This document shows, one piece after another, positions 28,874 to 37,645 of a stretch of DNA of 64,000 bases; positions within the stretch are counted from its first letter, which is position 1; each line of letters begins with the position of its first letter. The DNA lies in the NCBI GenBank assembly GCA_003635265.1, contig PYIZ01000041.1, forward strand, positions 2,465 to 66,464, in the 5' to 3' direction. Below the pieces are notes generated by a model that saw nothing but the letters and a program-made list of their open reading frames with translations, searched no databases and had not been told where the DNA came from. Position numbers and translations under genes: made by a program. This stretch comes from Candidatus Poribacteria bacterium. Lineage in GTDB: Bacteria; Poribacteria; WGA-4E; PCPOR2b.

Positions 28874-30796
28874 TCACGCATTTCGATAATCGATCATTGC
28901 CTGCCGATACGCTTCTGGTACGCCGATATCAAAACATCTGCCTTTGACAACATAGCCTGAAAAATTACCCTCTTTCCGCAATTTGTCTAGACAGGAGGTC
29001 AGTTGAAACTCGCCTCGCTCGCGCAGGCTATGGGTGATGTTTTCTTCAAGGTAGTCGAAAATTTCTGGCACCAATACATACATACCGAACACCGTCAGGA
29101 ATTCATCTGGGTCCAGTCCTTCTACCTGAAGATGTTGTCGAGCATACTCAACATCGGGTTTTTCGTAGAATTCTGTTATTGAAAGAATTGTATTCGATTC
29201 TTGCCAGTTGCCGGTCACACACCCAAAGTTGTGGATCTGGTCTGAAGGTGTCGCTTTCAACCCAACCACACTATGCTCCACCCGATCATATACATCCAGA
29301 ATCTGCCGTGCACACGAAACCTCATTATCAGATGTATAGAGATGGTCCCCCAGCATCAGTAAGAACGGTTCGCCATTGATCCATTCTCGTGCACAAAAGA
29401 CAGCGTGTCCAAATCCATCCTGAACATCTTGGGTCACAAACGTGACTCGCTGCCCCAACTCCATCATGTACTGGGAATACTCCTGATCTTCCTGCGATAG
29501 CTTGTTGAAATTTTCAATCAGCGGCGGAGTCTTGAAGAACCGTTCAAAAAGTTCTCGGTCTCTACCTTGTACAACAAGGCAGACCTCTTCGATACCGGCG
29601 TTGATCGCTTCTTCGACAATTGCCATGATGACCGGCTTCGGTTTGCCGGATTGATCGATGATAGGGAAAAGCTCCTTTTTTATCGCCTTTGATGCTGGAA
29701 ATAGACGGGTGCCAAAACCCGCCGCAGGAATCACCGCTTTTCGCACACGCCGCCCTGCCTGAATAACCAGTTTCAGACAGGACATCTTCAAGTCTCGTTC
29801 GATGACTTCGATAGCCTTCTGTTGGCTCTCCTGATCCTTAACGATAAATTGTGCGGTGCCATCTCCTTGCGAACCGACACCTTTCCCACCTAGTATGTGT
29901 GGCTGAATAGGACCGTAATTGAGAACTTTATGCAGCACAGGCGCTGTGAGTTCCGATGGGCAGGCGGGTTGAACATACCTATCAAATTCCGCCTGTGCCT
30001 TTTTCATCAGTCTTCCGATCTCCACTGCATTGCCTTGATATAGTGCGTTGTACGCTTCGTGTGTTATCCCTGTGCTGATTGGACCGAGGTATTTTTGGAC
30101 GTTCCGTTGCATCTCGTCTTCGGCAAAGGGATAACAGTGATTGAGACGGTTGAGTATCAGCCGCGTATCCTTGCCCGCTCCCAGATCGACGATGATGAAG
30201 TATAAATCTTTCGACACGTTAATTTCTTCAACATCAATTCTATCGCCATCAAACGTCATCATAATGGGGCGATTGCCGTAAGCGCAGCCCTGATCCATCC
30301 GACCACAGCGAGAAGGCGTGGTAATCTCACCGATATAAGCGTATTCCATTTCGTCGCGGACGGTCATTTCCAAGTCATAAATCCGATTGAAGGCACGGGC
30401 GACAAGGACACAGGTTGCGGCACTGGATGAAAGCCCCTTCTTTGCAGGAAGATCGGTGAGATAATTGTCGATCTCAAGTCCATGTACCTGATAGTGCGTT
30501 AGAATCTGGTAGGCGACGCCAGCAGCATAACTGAAAAAGCTGCCCTTTTGTGCTTCGGCGAGAAGTGCCTCGCTCTCCATGGGCACTTCAAACGGGTCCA
30601 TACGTGTGCCATCGCTGAGGGTTGCCCGTAGAATCAGTTTGGTTGGGTGGGAATTGACTTCGGCATACAGCCCCTGATTGGTGCTAGCGATGATTGCGTA
30701 ACCCTTCTCTAAGTCGGCATTGGTGCGGCGGTGGCCGCCCGCCCAATCGGTGTGTTCACCAAAGAGGCAGATGCGGCCTGGCACAAAAATCTTCAT
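28874..30796 (-). CDS. Bifunctional GHMP sugar kinase / UTP-sugar-1-phosphate uridylyltransferase (GalU-like) fusion
   Basis: N: PGRICLFGEH.D, LPAKKGLSSSAA, GRMDQ; C: KAVIPAAGFGTRLFPA..KE, GFGHAV, LGD, EKP, GEFQLT. Confidence 0.88.
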   Translation of the reverse strand: MKIFVPGRICLFGEHTDWAGGHRRTNADLEKGYAIIASTNQGLYAEVNSHPTKLILRATLSDGTRMDPFEVPMESEALLAEAQKGSFFSYAAGVAYQILTHYQVHGLEIDNYLTDLPAKKGLSSSAATCVLVARAFNRIYDLEMTVRDEMEYAYIGEITTPSRCGRMDQGCAYGNRPIMMTFDGDRIDVEEINVSKDLYFIIVDLGAGKDTRLILNRLNHCYPFAEDEMQRNVQKYLGPISTGITHEAYNALYQGNAVEIGRLMKKAQAEFDRYVQPACPSELTAPVLHKVLNYGPIQPHILGGKGVGSQGDGTAQFIVKDQESQQKAIEVIERDLKMSCLKLVIQAGRRVRKAVIPAAGFGTRLFPASKAIKKELFPIIDQSGKPKPVIMAIVEEAINAGIEEVCLVVQGRDRELFERFFKTPPLIENFNKLSQEDQEYSQYMMELGQRVTFVTQDVQDGFGHAVFCAREWINGEPFLLMLGDHLYTSDNEVSCARQILDVYDRVEHSVVGLKATPSDQIHNFGCVTGNWQESNTILSITEFYEKPDVEYARQHLQVEGLDPDEFLTVFGMYVLVPEIFDYLEENITHSLRERGEFQLTSCLDKLRKEGNFSGYVVKGRCFDIGVPEAYRQAMIDYRNA

Positions 30797-30863
30797 GGTT
30801 CGGGCTCCGGTTTTTTAGTCTACCTATCTCTAAACACCTTTGGTGTCTGATACGTTGCGCACC

Positions 30864-32501
30864 TTACCAACCCACCGCATAACCATCGCGTCGTGGATCT
30901 GACCCGCCGATGAGTGCATTTGAATCCGAGTCGATCTGAATTGCCTGTGCGCTGCCGGGTCCATCCCAATCTCCCAAAATCCGGAGGTCATGCCCCCGTT
31001 GGGCGAGTCCGCTGCGGACATCTTCAGGGAACCGTCCTTCTAGCTGAAGTGCGTCCTCACAGGTGTGCGGTATGGTCGATTCCATCGGATTTTGGAGATT
31101 GCGCCAGCGCGGTGCTTCGACGGCTTCTTGGGGCGTCATTCCGAAATCGACGACGTGTGTGATCAACTGAAGGTTGGTTTGCACCTGTGTATCCGCTCCC
31201 GGTGTTCCACAGATGAGGAAGGGTTTGCCATCCTTTGTTACAATCACAGGGTTCATGGTGTGGCGCACACGCTTGCCGGGCATGAGACAGTTGGGATGGT
31301 CTGCCTCAAGATGCCAATACGTCATCCGGTTATTGAGCAAAATGCCGGTGTCGCCAGCGACAAGACTTGAGCCGAATCCCGATTGTATGCTCTGCAGCAC
31401 ACAGACAGCATTGCCTGCACCGTCCGCTGTGCAGAAGCAGGTGGTGTCCTCAAACTGTTCGGGACCTCCAGATGGCACATCCGTTGCCGCTCGATTTGGA
31501 TCGATGCGTTTAGCCTGCATTTTAGCATAATCTTTGGACAACATACCTTTGATAGGGACATCGACCCAATCGGGGTCTGCCATATATTTCTCCCGATCTG
31601 CGAACGAGAGTTTTTTCGCTTCGACCATCAGGTGCACGCTTTCAGCCGTGTTGCAGCCCATTGATTGCAGATCGAATTGCTCGACGATGTTCAACTCCTG
31701 CAATAAGATATGGCCACTCGAATTGGGCGGCATCTCATAGACCTCATATCCCCGATAGTTTGTGTGGATAGGTTCACTCCAGCGGGCGTGGTAATCTGCG
31801 AGATCTTTCTCAGTCAACAACCCATCATACTTTTCACTGAATTCGACGATTGCTCTAGCAATTTCACCCTCATAAAGGGTGCCGCGTCCTTCTGCGGCGA
31901 TTTTCCGCAAAGTTTTCCCAAGATTCTTATTGTAGATAATTTCCCCCGATTTCGGCGGGTCACCGTTATTGGTAAATATTGGGCGCGTGTATGGGTCTTG
32001 GGCAAAACGCGGATTCTCGCCTCTGAGACCACCAGCAAGGTTGTGACTGATGGGGAAACCGTTCTCACAGAGCGAAATCGCTGGTTCAAACGCTTGTTCC
32101 AGTTTAAGTGCGCCGTAACGCTCGTGTGCTTTAAGCCAGCCATCGGCAATCCCCGGCACCGAGACGCTGCGAATACCTTTCATCGGAATCCCACCATCCT
32201 TCAGGTACAGTTCGCGGGTCGCTGCGTAAGGTGCTGGACCCGTAGCATTCACACCCGTTACCGTGCCGGTTTCCGCCCAGTAAATCAGAATAAACCCATC
32301 TCCGCCGACGCCGGATCCCGCCGGCTCAACCACGCCCAACGCCGCTGCTGTTGCAACTGCGGCATCAACAGCATTTCCGCCCGCTAAGATCGCTTGAACC
32401 CCCGCCTGTGATGCGAGCATGTGTCCCGATGTCACCATGCCGTTTCTACCCATCGCAGAGGGTCGAAATCCTGAAAAATTTATCCCATGTGGTGATTGCA
32501 T
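30864..32501 (-). CDS. ggt: Gamma-glutamyltransferase family Ntn hydrolase
   Basis: GGNAVDAA, SVPG, PPNSSG, DTT (nucleophile Thr), GILLNNR, GTPGAD.Q, SDPRRDG; GGAGG RBS before ATG 32501. Confidence 0.92.
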   Translation of the reverse strand: MQSPHGINFSGFRPSAMGRNGMVTSGHMLASQAGVQAILAGGNAVDAAVATAAALGVVEPAGSGVGGDGFILIYWAETGTVTGVNATGPAPYAATRELYLKDGGIPMKGIRSVSVPGIADGWLKAHERYGALKLEQAFEPAISLCENGFPISHNLAGGLRGENPRFAQDPYTRPIFTNNGDPPKSGEIIYNKNLGKTLRKIAAEGRGTLYEGEIARAIVEFSEKYDGLLTEKDLADYHARWSEPIHTNYRGYEVYEMPPNSSGHILLQELNIVEQFDLQSMGCNTAESVHLMVEAKKLSFADREKYMADPDWVDVPIKGMLSKDYAKMQAKRIDPNRAATDVPSGGPEQFEDTTCFCTADGAGNAVCVLQSIQSGFGSSLVAGDTGILLNNRMTYWHLEADHPNCLMPGKRVRHTMNPVIVTKDGKPFLICGTPGADTQVQTNLQLITHVVDFGMTPQEAVEAPRWRNLQNPMESTIPHTCEDALQLEGRFPEDVRSGLAQRGHDLRILGDWDGPGSAQAIQIDSDSNALIGGSDPRRDGYAVGW

Positions 32502-32519
32502 ATTTTGTCCTCCGAAGTT

Positions 32520-32553
32520 TTGATATCCTCCCAATCCTGAAGGCTTGGGATTC
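32520..32553 (-). mobile_element. Isolated IS200/IS605-like right end
   Basis: Minus strand GAAT-cccaagcc-ttca-ggattggg-aggata-TCAA (guide, hairpin and cleavage-site layout). Confidence 0.45.
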
Positions 32554-32857
32554 TCGATGGATTTCCCCATTACCATCAGGCACAACTTTAGCATCATTGA
32601 CTCTAAAAAATCAAGTGCAAACTTGTCCAGACCGCTTGTATAAAGCATGACAAGGGCTGCCATAGGATTGGAACATATCTCTTTTTTGTGTGTGTAAATC
32701 TTTAAGCATCCTATCACAATCGTAGGCGGCACATCAATTTAATTTTTCGATCCGTGACGATGTAGGCAAATCGATTAATGACTTAGGGCAGTTGTTACGT
32801 CCAATTGAGCAAGAGCGCACAATCCCACGGATTTGAGTGCTCAATATCAATCGGTGC

Positions 32858-32886
32858 TTGACACCTTCAAGCAAAGATGATAAAAT
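32858..32886 (+). promoter_or_regulatory. Sigma70-type promoter
   Basis: TTGACA-N17-TAAAAT upstream of the TPR gene. Confidence 0.7.
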
Positions 32887-32951
32887 GCGCTCGTGCTTTT
32901 GTAGAAAAAAATATATCAACAAGACTAAAATATACCAACAGGAGTCCAAAA

Positions 32952-34187
32952 ATGAAAAGGTTCATTATTGTAGAAATCATTGTTGTCGCCGCCCTAGTAA
33001 TCGGCTTTTTTATTGGTCGCGCATCAAATTCAGTGGGTATAGAGGCCTACTATACAAACGCGGATGCTGCGTGGGAAAAAGCCCAAAAGGCGGATACTCC
33101 TCCTGTAACTCTTGAAGATGAGGATCAGAAACGTGTGAGCGAGGTCAGAGCCTTATACCGGCATGTATTCGAGAAATACCCGGATAATCGTTGGGCAGAT
33201 GATGCTCTCTATCAGTTGGCATCACGGCTTGGACGGACAGATGAGGAAGCCTTTGCCCTGTTTCGACGGCTTATTAACACCTATCCTGACAGCGAATGGA
33301 CGGATGATTCGCTATACACCATCGCCATTGCTTACTATCGGTTGGCGGAAAATATAAAACAGACGGAGAGCGTCGAAAGCGCAGATGCCTACTACGATCG
33401 AGCATCGGCGATGTTTGACCAGCTCATCCAAGACTATCCGGGCAGTGCGCTCGCAGACGAGTCCAGATTCAACAGGGCGATGTGCCTCTATGGGAAAGGG
33501 AGTTGGACAGCTGCGCTTGAGGCGTTCGATGCGTTGCGCGAAGACTTTATAGGCAGTGAACTCTCCCATAGTATTGTATATTACACAGGGATGATTTTTA
33601 CCGAGAGGCAAGCCTACGACGAGGCACGGATCGAATTTCAGAACGTCGTCGATTCGGGACATGAGGAACTTGCCCCACTCGCGCAGTTTGGTATCGGTCA
33701 AACTTATTTTGCTCAAGCAAAATATGATGAAGCGATTGAGAGTTATCAAAGGGTGATTGACACATACCCGGAAGCCAAAATGGCGCAAGACGCACACTTT
33801 AATATCGGTTGGGCGTATGAGAAGCTGAAAAAGTATGACGAAGCGATTATCCAACTGGAAGGGGCAATAGAGAAATATCCTCACAATGAGAATACTTCCA
33901 ATATGCAGTTCTATGTTGGACAGATTTACTACGCGAAAGAGGATACTGACGGCGCAATTAATGCTTATCGCAAAGTCTCTGATAATCCAACCTATGATTA
34001 CGATACACGAAGGCAGGCTCAATATTGGATCGGCTTCATCTATGAGAAAGCAGAGAGGATAGACGAGGCAATAGGGGAGTATCAGAAACTGCTCAAGGAC
34101 TTCCCAGAACCTCACCGCACACTCCGTCATCCATCGAACAATATCAACGAAAACTATATTCAGAAACTCCGGACCGGGGAATTATAA
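32952..34187 (+). CDS. Membrane-anchored tetratricopeptide repeat protein (BamD/CpoB-like repeats)
   Basis: N-terminal TM; repeated ..YP.S..A.DA.F.IG..Y TPR units; AGGAG RBS. Confidence 0.88.
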   Translation: MKRFIIVEIIVVAALVIGFFIGRASNSVGIEAYYTNADAAWEKAQKADTPPVTLEDEDQKRVSEVRALYRHVFEKYPDNRWADDALYQLASRLGRTDEEAFALFRRLINTYPDSEWTDDSLYTIAIAYYRLAENIKQTESVESADAYYDRASAMFDQLIQDYPGSALADESRFNRAMCLYGKGSWTAALEAFDALREDFIGSELSHSIVYYTGMIFTERQAYDEARIEFQNVVDSGHEELAPLAQFGIGQTYFAQAKYDEAIESYQRVIDTYPEAKMAQDAHFNIGWAYEKLKKYDEAIIQLEGAIEKYPHNENTSNMQFYVGQIYYAKEDTDGAINAYRKVSDNPTYDYDTRRQAQYWIGFIYEKAERIDEAIGEYQKLLKDFPEPHRTLRHPSNNINENYIQKLRTGEL

Positions 34188-34387
34188 GACGATTTCTGAA
34201 TTGACAAGATTTGACATCATAGGTAAGCAAACCTTGTTAAGGTTTTCAATCATCGCAAGGTTTGCTCCGCCACATTGGTCAGTCTCGGAGAATCTTTGAC
34301 CGACCCAATTCCAGTCGCTACTATCTTCCCACCCAAAATCCCTTCCATGTAACCCTCGTATTTTTGAAAATAACCGCAACTTACCCC

Positions 34388-35131
34388 TTACCGCCGATGC
34401 ACATCAAGGTAAACAAACACCCGCTCGATTTGCTCAATGCGCTTCTGTAAAGCTGCCGCGCGTTCAAAGCGCAGGGCAATCGCCTCCCGATTTCGCTCCA
34501 TGGTCAGTTTCTTAATGACAGCCTTATATTTCCCGTCTAATATGCGAATCACATCGTTAATCATCGCACGATAGGCTTTGCGGTTGACTTTTGCCGCACA
34601 AGGGGCTTGACAGCGTTTTAAGTGGTAGCTGAAGCAGGGCTTAAAATCCGGCAGTGGGGTGATTGTTCCGTCGCAGGTCCTAATCGGAAAAATCCGATGC
34701 AAGACCTCAATAACCTCCCTTGTCCATCTCAGACTTGAATACGGTCCAAAATATCGTGCCTTGTCAGCTTCTTCCTTGAAGACGATTGTTACCTTCGGGA
34801 AATCCTCGTTGGTAGAGATCTTAATGAACGGAGATCTGCGGACGGATTTAAGGCTGGTATTGTACGGCGGTTGATGGTGTTTAATAAGGCGGGATTCTAG
34901 CAACAGCGCCTCTAACTCCGAAGCACAGACTTGGTACTCAACTCGTGTGGCGTGTTGCACCAACCGTTTGATTTTGCCCCAACGATTTTGCTTGGAATTA
35001 TACAGGTATGACCGAACCCGTTTTTTGAGGGATTTTGCCTTGCCGATGTAGAGAATCTCTCCAGACCTGCTGAGAAAAAAGTAGACGCCCGGCAGGGAAG
35101 GGAGATTGACAACCATTTCCTTGGTGAGCAT
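34388..35131 (-). CDS. UvrC N-terminal-like (Cho-type) GIY-YIG nuclease with UVR domain
   Basis: LP..PGVY, LYIGKAKSLKKRVRSY, ALLLE..LIK...P.YN, YFGPY, Cys cluster, L.FERAA; lacks the UvrC C-terminal half. Confidence 0.88.
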   Translation of the reverse strand: MLTKEMVVNLPSLPGVYFFLSRSGEILYIGKAKSLKKRVRSYLYNSKQNRWGKIKRLVQHATRVEYQVCASELEALLLESRLIKHHQPPYNTSLKSVRRSPFIKISTNEDFPKVTIVFKEEADKARYFGPYSSLRWTREVIEVLHRIFPIRTCDGTITPLPDFKPCFSYHLKRCQAPCAAKVNRKAYRAMINDVIRILDGKYKAVIKKLTMERNREAIALRFERAAALQKRIEQIERVFVYLDVHRR

Positions 35132-35267
35132 ATTAATATCAGAATCGGATCAGAAAGATGGTGGGAAAGGACGGCTGACGGAGGTTATTCAGACTCCTTA
35201 TCTTTTTGCCTTCCACTGTTTAAGTTCTTACGCGCGAAGTGTGGTAACTGAAAAGAGAATCGTGGAC

Positions 35268-35993
35268 TTAATTTGCGAATGGGAATGTTCCCGCATATCC
35301 GCGTGGTCGTGAGACATGCCATATCCCGTCATACATTGGCGTTACCTGATAGTGGCAGACCACATTGCTCCGCTCCATATCGTCCCGTTCTTTCGCGCCT
35401 TGGTGGGGAATGTGGTTGATGAACACCACGCAGTCGCCAGCTTTTGGATAGAGGATAACGTGTTCTTGTGCCTCGCACCACGCCTCAAACTTGGGACGAT
35501 CCAAGGGATATAGATGAGGTGGTTCGACAAGATGCCCGCCCTTGACATATTTCAGGTGTCCTGAACCGGGTGCGTTGTCCTGAAAATAGTAGGTTGCGTT
35601 GAGGCTAATGGGAGATACCGCAAAGCGATATTTGTCCGCCTCTCGTTTCTCCTGCCAGTAGCCGTAGAAATCGAGGTGCCACTCTTGAAGGTACGGTCCC
35701 GGGTTGATGTGTGCCCGCAGACTCCGTAGTTGACACTGCTTCCCCATCATGCCTTCGAGATAAGGGCGGACACTCGGATGTCCTACCAATGGGGCATACG
35801 TCTCTGGTTCCCGGTCTAGCAAGGTGTCAAACCACATGTTGCCTACTGCGTTCAGCCCTTCCTCCCAGCCCATTTCGCGGGCATGGTTGATACGCTGCCG
35901 AATATGTTCTGTCTCCTCTGGGGATAGTGCGCCCTCTATCAGTGTGAAACCGTCCCGTTCCAATCTATCTAGTTTGCTTTCGATATTCTCCAT
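35268..35993 (-). CDS. Phytanoyl-CoA dioxygenase (PhyH) family enzyme
   Basis: LERDGF, WHLD, AGDCVVF...IPH.G......R. Confidence 0.85.
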   Translation of the reverse strand: MENIESKLDRLERDGFTLIEGALSPEETEHIRQRINHAREMGWEEGLNAVGNMWFDTLLDREPETYAPLVGHPSVRPYLEGMMGKQCQLRSLRAHINPGPYLQEWHLDFYGYWQEKREADKYRFAVSPISLNATYYFQDNAPGSGHLKYVKGGHLVEPPHLYPLDRPKFEAWCEAQEHVILYPKAGDCVVFINHIPHQGAKERDDMERSNVVCHYQVTPMYDGIWHVSRPRGYAGTFPFAN

Positions 35994-36279
35994 AGCCCGC
36001 AAAGGTCTCCTTCCCAGTTACGCCAATTTTCGAGACAACCGATACATCTATCTGTAGTTTACTACATCCCACCAGAATCGTCGATCCACAATTTGAAAAT
36101 AAATACTCCCTAAATGGGGGTAAAGATTTTCTGCTCTGTTACAAAGCCAATTCCATTACGACGATGTTGATTCCATTTGCGAATCGCTTGCGTATCTATC
36201 TACATGTGTGGTAAAATACTCCCTGCAAATTCAGCTACAATAGGACTTGCACAATCTAATTTTTCAAGAGGATTATAAG

Positions 36280-37290
36280 ATGGATAGGAGTTACCGTGTC
36301 GCCATCGTTGGGGCAACAGGAGCGGTTGGCACGACTATGCGGCAGATTCTGGAAGAACGCGCATTCTCCGTCGCTTCGCTGAAGTTGCTTGCTTCCCATC
36401 GTTCTGCCGGTGAGATTTTAACATTCAAAGATCAGCCCATCGTCGTCGAAGAACTGACGCACGATTCATTCGATGATGTCGATCTGGTGTTTTCATCAGC
36501 GGGTGGGTCCGTGAGTCGTGAGTTTATACCGACTGCGGTGGAAAAGGGGTGTCTCGTCATTGACAACACCAGTGCGTTTCGGATGGACGCAGATACGCCG
36601 TTAGTGATTCCCGAAGTCAACATGCACGCAGCCATGCGGCATCAGGGCGTGATCTCCAACCCCAATTGTTCGACCATTCAGATGCTTGTGGCACTCAAGC
36701 CACTCTACGACGAAGCCGGGCTTAAACGCATCGTCGTTTCGACCTATCAGAGCGTTTCGGGAAAAAGCGGATCGGCTGTCCTTGAACTGATTGATCAGAC
36801 AACGGCTGCGTTGGAAGGCCGTCCGATCACGTGCGATCAGTTTCCGCATCAGATGGCGTTTAACGTCGCCTTCGATTGGCCCTTCGCCGATAACGGCTAC
36901 AGCGAAGAAGAGATGAAGATGGTCAAGGAAACACAAAAAATCCTTGAAGACGACACCATTGGCGTTTCAGCGACAACCGTTCGAGTGCCGGTGTTCTTCG
37001 CTCATTCTGAATCAATTAACATTCAAACAGATAGCAAACTCACCGCTGATGAAGCGCGTCGGATTCTTTCTCAAGCCCGCGGTGTTACTGTGATTGATGA
37101 TCCAAAAAGTCGGGATTATCCGCTGGCTATCAACGCTGCAGGACAGGATGATGTATACGTTGGGCGTATCCGTGAGGACGACTCGATTGAAAACGGGTTG
37201 AACCTGTGGGTCGTTGCAGACAACCTCCGCAAGGGTGCCGCATTAAACGCTATTCAGATCGCAGAGATCCTGGATCAGATTAATGTGTGA
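36280..37290 (+). CDS. asd: Aspartate-semialdehyde dehydrogenase
   Basis: GATGAVG, DNTSAFRM, NPNCST, TYQSVSG, RVPVFFAHSE, DNLRKGAALN. Confidence 0.97.
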   Translation: MDRSYRVAIVGATGAVGTTMRQILEERAFSVASLKLLASHRSAGEILTFKDQPIVVEELTHDSFDDVDLVFSSAGGSVSREFIPTAVEKGCLVIDNTSAFRMDADTPLVIPEVNMHAAMRHQGVISNPNCSTIQMLVALKPLYDEAGLKRIVVSTYQSVSGKSGSAVLELIDQTTAALEGRPITCDQFPHQMAFNVAFDWPFADNGYSEEEMKMVKETQKILEDDTIGVSATTVRVPVFFAHSESINIQTDSKLTADEARRILSQARGVTVIDDPKSRDYPLAINAAGQDDVYVGRIREDDSIENGLNLWVVADNLRKGAALNAIQIAEILDQINV

Positions 37291-37314
37291 TAGTTACACG
37301 CCTATTCCAATCCT

Positions 37315-37388
37315 AACGTAAAACGTAATGCGTGAAACGTGATGAGCAAATGGTATACGTTCGTTGGTTCATTAGTCCATTGGTTCAT
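37315..37388. repeat. Adjacent heptamer and octamer tandem repeats
   Basis: aacgtaa aacgtaa tgcgtga aacgtga; tacgttcg ttggttca ttagtcca ttggttca. Confidence 0.7.
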
Positions 37389-37432
37389 GAAGGAAGTGCT
37401 AACGGGAAACCTCAAGGAGTTAAGCCGAACAG

Positions 37433-37642
37433 ATGCCCTCCACACTTGAGAACGAGTTGGGTGAAATCTATGAGCGAGAAGTCGAAAAACTGATCGAATC
37501 TGAGAGCAAATATCACTCAGCTCTCGGGGCAGCTGAAGTTTCCGCTGTTGTCCGGGCATTCCGCTTCGCGCTTGAACACGGCCCCGATAAAGTGACCGTT
37601 CAGATGCTTTACGATATGATCGATGACAGTTCGGGGGATTAG
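37433..37642 (+). CDS. Small acidic helical hypothetical protein coupled to Rad50-like gene
   Basis: 69 aa, AAGGAG upstream, stop 3 nt before the next ATG. Confidence 0.55.
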   Translation: MPSTLENELGEIYEREVEKLIESESKYHSALGAAEVSAVVRAFRFALEHGPDKVTVQMLYDMIDDSSGD

Positions 37643-37645
37643 CGT

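Noticed and set aside
32502-32732. N-terminal extensions in the ORF track (ggt; also starts 528, 4510, 9365, 12455, 15065, 26380, 32877, 59182)
   Set aside because: Downstream starts have better RBS and family-typical N-termini; the extensions overlap promoters or neighbouring genes
33312-34130. Long antisense ORFs (also 3948-4517, 18279-18893, 31710-32387)
   Set aside because: They fully overlap well-supported genes on the other strand and show no recognisable motifs
34388-35131. Truncated uvrC pseudogene
   Set aside because: Ends cleanly after the UVR domain and no C-terminal remnant was seen downstream; fits a Cho-like stand-alone protein
36100-36230. aaatactccct direct repeat upstream of asd as a riboswitch or operator
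   Set aside because: Only two 11-bp copies and no recognisable lysine-riboswitch structure; insufficient support
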